Of a stretch of DNA of 9,919 nt, positions 7,341 through 9,919 are shown piece after piece (within the stretch, counting starts at the first letter, position 1; each line of letters starts with the position of its first letter). Under the pieces are notes generated by a model. That model made no database searches, was not told the DNA's origin, and saw only the letters and a program-made list of their open reading frames with translations. The stretch is from contig JBHLKY010000013.1 of NCBI GenBank assembly GCA_048886185.1, positions 114,787 to 124,705 on the forward strand, given 5' to 3'. Source of the DNA: Candidatus Hermodarchaeota archaeon (GTDB lineage: Archaea; Asgardarchaeota; Heimdallarchaeia; Hodarchaeales; Hodarchaeaceae). Made by a program: the position numbers and the translations under genes.

Positions 7341-8552
7341 ATGGAAATCCGTCAGCTTACTTCTGAAGACCGAGAAGCTTTTGCTCGCTTAACACGATAT
7401 GCATTTGAGCCAGCACGAAATACCTATGAAGGTGTTGTCCCAGAAGATTATGAAGAAACTCAGCCACATCTTAAAGATATGAGTCAAGTTTACGGGTGTT
7501 TTGACAAGGATAAATTGGTTTCTTCCTGCGCATTTTTTACCTCAACAGTCGTAATTAGAAAAAAAGAATTTCCAATGTCAGGTCTATGGGGAGTAGCGAC
7601 CGCGCCTCACTATCGTAATCAAGGCCTTGTTCAGAAAACCCTACATAAGATGATGAAAGAAATGAAAGACACAGGAATTCTAATCTCCTGTTTGTATCCT
7701 TTCAAGTTTTCATTTTATGAAAAATATGGCTGGAAACTTGCAAATATAAATCATCGTTACCATATTGAACTAGATAAATTCATTTCGCGACCTATTCTCG
7801 ATAGAACAGTTCGCGAAGTGAACTCTCTTGATGATATAAAATTAGTCTACTCAAACATTGCAGGCATTAAGTACAACTATATGGTGAAACGCAGGGAGGA
7901 GGATTGGCGCCGAAAGGTCAATCCCAAAGAACCAGGTTATTTATTTGTGTGCTATGATGCCAATGATGACCCCTGTGGGTATTTGATTGCAAGATTCTTG
8001 GAACACCAACCACCAAGTGATGAAGGAGTGGAACACAGTGCTCAAACAATTTATTTATCAGAGATTTTTTGGTATGATCGGAAAACCAAACAGGCTTTGT
8101 TTAACTTCCTTAGAAGACATGTAGATCATCGAAAATATGTTGTATTTTCCACACCTGACCCCAATGTTTTGAATTCGCTCATTGAAGCTAGGATTGAAGC
8201 CAATGAAGTCTTCCCCGCTTCTATGATGCGAATTGTAGATATAAAAGCTGTTTTTGAAGCTCTAGATTACTCTGAGAATTTAGAATTTATTTTGAAGGTA
8301 AAAGATCAATTCTGTACTTGGAATGATAAAACCTTTAAAGTAAATATTTGGGGGGGGAAAGCTAAACTTGAGGAAACAACGAAATCTTCGGATATTACTA
8401 TTGATATTGGTTCTCTATCACAAATGGTTGTGGGTTTCAGAACTGCTTCTCAATTATATGATTCATGGGAGATAGACTGTCCAGAAGAGATCCTTCCAGT
8501 ACTCAATCAACTATATCCTGCACAAACAAACTTTTATCGAGACTTCTTCTGA
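7341..8552 (+). CDS. eis: Eis-family acetyltransferase (GNAT-GNAT-SCP2)
   Basis: VATAPHYRNQGL acetyl-CoA motif A, LYPFKFSFYEKYGW, MMRIVD, an SCP2-like C-terminus and terminal RDFF. ATG at 7341, after GAGGA (7329-7333), is preferred over the track start at 7233. Confidence 0.92.
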   Translation: MEIRQLTSEDREAFARLTRYAFEPARNTYEGVVPEDYEETQPHLKDMSQVYGCFDKDKLVSSCAFFTSTVVIRKKEFPMSGLWGVATAPHYRNQGLVQKTLHKMMKEMKDTGILISCLYPFKFSFYEKYGWKLANINHRYHIELDKFISRPILDRTVREVNSLDDIKLVYSNIAGIKYNYMVKRREEDWRRKVNPKEPGYLFVCYDANDDPCGYLIARFLEHQPPSDEGVEHSAQTIYLSEIFWYDRKTKQALFNFLRRHVDHRKYVVFSTPDPNVLNSLIEARIEANEVFPASMMRIVDIKAVFEALDYSENLEFILKVKDQFCTWNDKTFKVNIWGGKAKLEETTKSSDITIDIGSLSQMVVGFRTASQLYDSWEIDCPEEILPVLNQLYPAQTNFYRDFF

Positions 8553-8689
8553 TAAAATAGAAATAAGTGTTGGGACAGACAAATAATACTATTCATTCTT
8601 ATTGTACCTCGAAATCCTGCAGTTATTGAAGGATTTTTCAAGCAACTGGTAGAATGAAAAACAATCATTTTCTAAGGAGATCTTCGTAA

Positions 8690-8986
8690 ATGATAGATTC
8701 TAAGGAGAATATACGTCAAGTTGGAATCTGTATTGTTGATTTTAAGCCTGCCATGTTAATTTGCTCCCTTTTACTTATATCAATTGGAATGGGGGTAATT
8801 GTAAGATCATTCTATCCCCAAACTATGCCTCTAAATTATTCTGAATTATTAGACATACTCCCACCAATTTTCTTCTTTATGCACATAACTTCACAAATAT
8901 TATCATTCATAACGATTTTTTTAGCAGGTTATTTTATCGCGAGCTATCGAAATGGAAGAAAACTTAAGAGATGCCAACTTGGCTAA
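8690..8986 (+). CDS. Small hypothetical membrane protein (about 2 TM)
   Basis: AGGAG at 8675-8679 upstream. Two hydrophobic segments (MLICSLLLISIGMGVIV and ILSFITIFLAGYFIA region) and a basic C-terminal tail. Confidence 0.6.
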   Translation: MIDSKENIRQVGICIVDFKPAMLICSLLLISIGMGVIVRSFYPQTMPLNYSELLDILPPIFFFMHITSQILSFITIFLAGYFIASYRNGRKLKRCQLG

Positions 8987-9046
8987 AGTACTCCCCAAAC
9001 TTTAGACTGAAGTATAAGACCTCACTTTAATACATTTAAATGACCA

Positions 9047-9919
9047 CTATGCAGTTATCTTGACTCCTTTTTCCCACAACCTTTGAATGATCTTCTCAGA
9101 TTTTTTATTCAATTGATTCAACCCCACATCTAAATAATGGAGTTTAGATAGTTTCAGGAGAGTAATAGGAAGAGATATTAGCTGATTATCACGTAAAATT
9201 AATTCTCGAAGATTTTCAAGATTTCCTATTGTGTAAGGAAGAGAGGTTAAGTTATTTGACCTCATATAAAGAACTCGTAACGATTTAAGATTACCTAAAG
9301 AGCTTGGTAGCGATATTAATTGGTTATGATATAGGTCAAAAAACCAAAGTTTCCAAAGGGACCCAATAGAGTCAGGAAGAGTTGTTAACTGATTATCACG
9401 AATACTCAGTTTCTCAAGATTGGTGAGATTTCCAATGCTTTCTGGCAAGAGTGATAACTTATTATCAGAAAGATTTAATTCAATTAATCTTGTAAACTCT
9501 TGAAATGGTATCCCTGACAGAGATTCCAATTGATTATGTTCTAAATTTAATTTCTTTAAATTTTTTAGCCTTTTGAATGTTTCAGGGAGTGAATGTAAGT
9601 AATTAAAGCCTAAAGAAAGTGATTCAAGATGCTTCAAACCTCCAATAGTAGTAGGCAGTGATGTCAATCGATTAACATCTAATTTGAGTACTCTTATGTT
9701 TATAAATTTATCAATGCTTTCAGGAATTGAGGTTAATTCATTATTGGTTAAATACAATTGTTCTAGGAGTTCACATCGGTTAATATCAGGAAATTTCACT
9801 AAATTCCTACCAATTAAATTTATTTTCAATGTGTTCAGAATCCTGAAAAACAATAATGCATCTTTCCATTCTTTCTTAAGAATAATTACTAAATTTTGTG
9901 AGAAACTTCCACTATCAAA
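9047..9919 (-). CDS. Leucine-rich repeat protein, 5' end beyond the right edge
   Basis: About 10 tandem 23-aa repeats LxxLxLxxNxLxxLPxxIGxL. The frame stays open for 22 more codons upstream of the track's TTG 9853 (FDSGSFSQNLVIILKKEWKDAL), to the window end, so 9853 is probably not the start. Confidence 0.92.
   Translation of the reverse strand, partial: FDSGSFSQNLVIILKKEWKDALLFFRILNTLKINLIGRNLVKFPDINRCELLEQLYLTNNELTSIPESIDKFINIRVLKLDVNRLTSLPTTIGGLKHLESLSLGFNYLHSLPETFKRLKNLKKLNLEHNQLESLSGIPFQEFTRLIELNLSDNKLSLLPESIGNLTNLEKLSIRDNQLTTLPDSIGSLWKLWFFDLYHNQLISLPSSLGNLKSLRVLYMRSNNLTSLPYTIGNLENLRELILRDNQLISLPITLLKLSKLHYLDVGLNQLNKKSEKIIQRLWEKGVKITA

Noticed and set aside
8654-8689. 11-codon ORF whose TAA directly precedes ATG 8690 in frame
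   Set aside because: It contains the AGGAG RBS of the downstream gene, so the simplest reading is an ordinary 5' leader.
1-9919. Selenocysteine/pyrrolysine readthrough, CRISPR repeats, IS elements, tRNA/rRNA
   Set aside because: No called gene needs UGA/UAG readthrough. I saw no spaced direct repeats, transposase or structured RNA gene by eye, but no covariance-model scan was run.

Overview
AT-rich window, probably archaeal. Inference: Asgard-like, based on GGTGA/GAGGA ribosome-binding sites, a TATA-type promoter and a tandem 23-aa LRR protein. It holds mixed accessory and metabolic genes: a DUF998-like membrane protein cut by the left edge, a hypothetical protein, a Cys-rich polyferredoxin plus iron-sulfur flavoprotein pair, a small hypothetical, an HD-domain hydrolase, a tail-anchored microprotein missed by the ORF track, a ChlI/ChlD-type AAA+/vWA chelatase subunit, an Eis-type acetyltransferase, a small 2-TM protein, and an LRR protein cut by the right edge. 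The main observation is an A11 run (containing A_AAA_AAG) in the in-frame chlD-like gene, at the AAA+/linker boundary. A slip in either direction meets a stop within a few codons and would release a ChlI-sized product (363 or 369 aa), so one gene could supply both chelatase subunits. No rRNA, tRNA, CRISPR array or mobile element was recognised.
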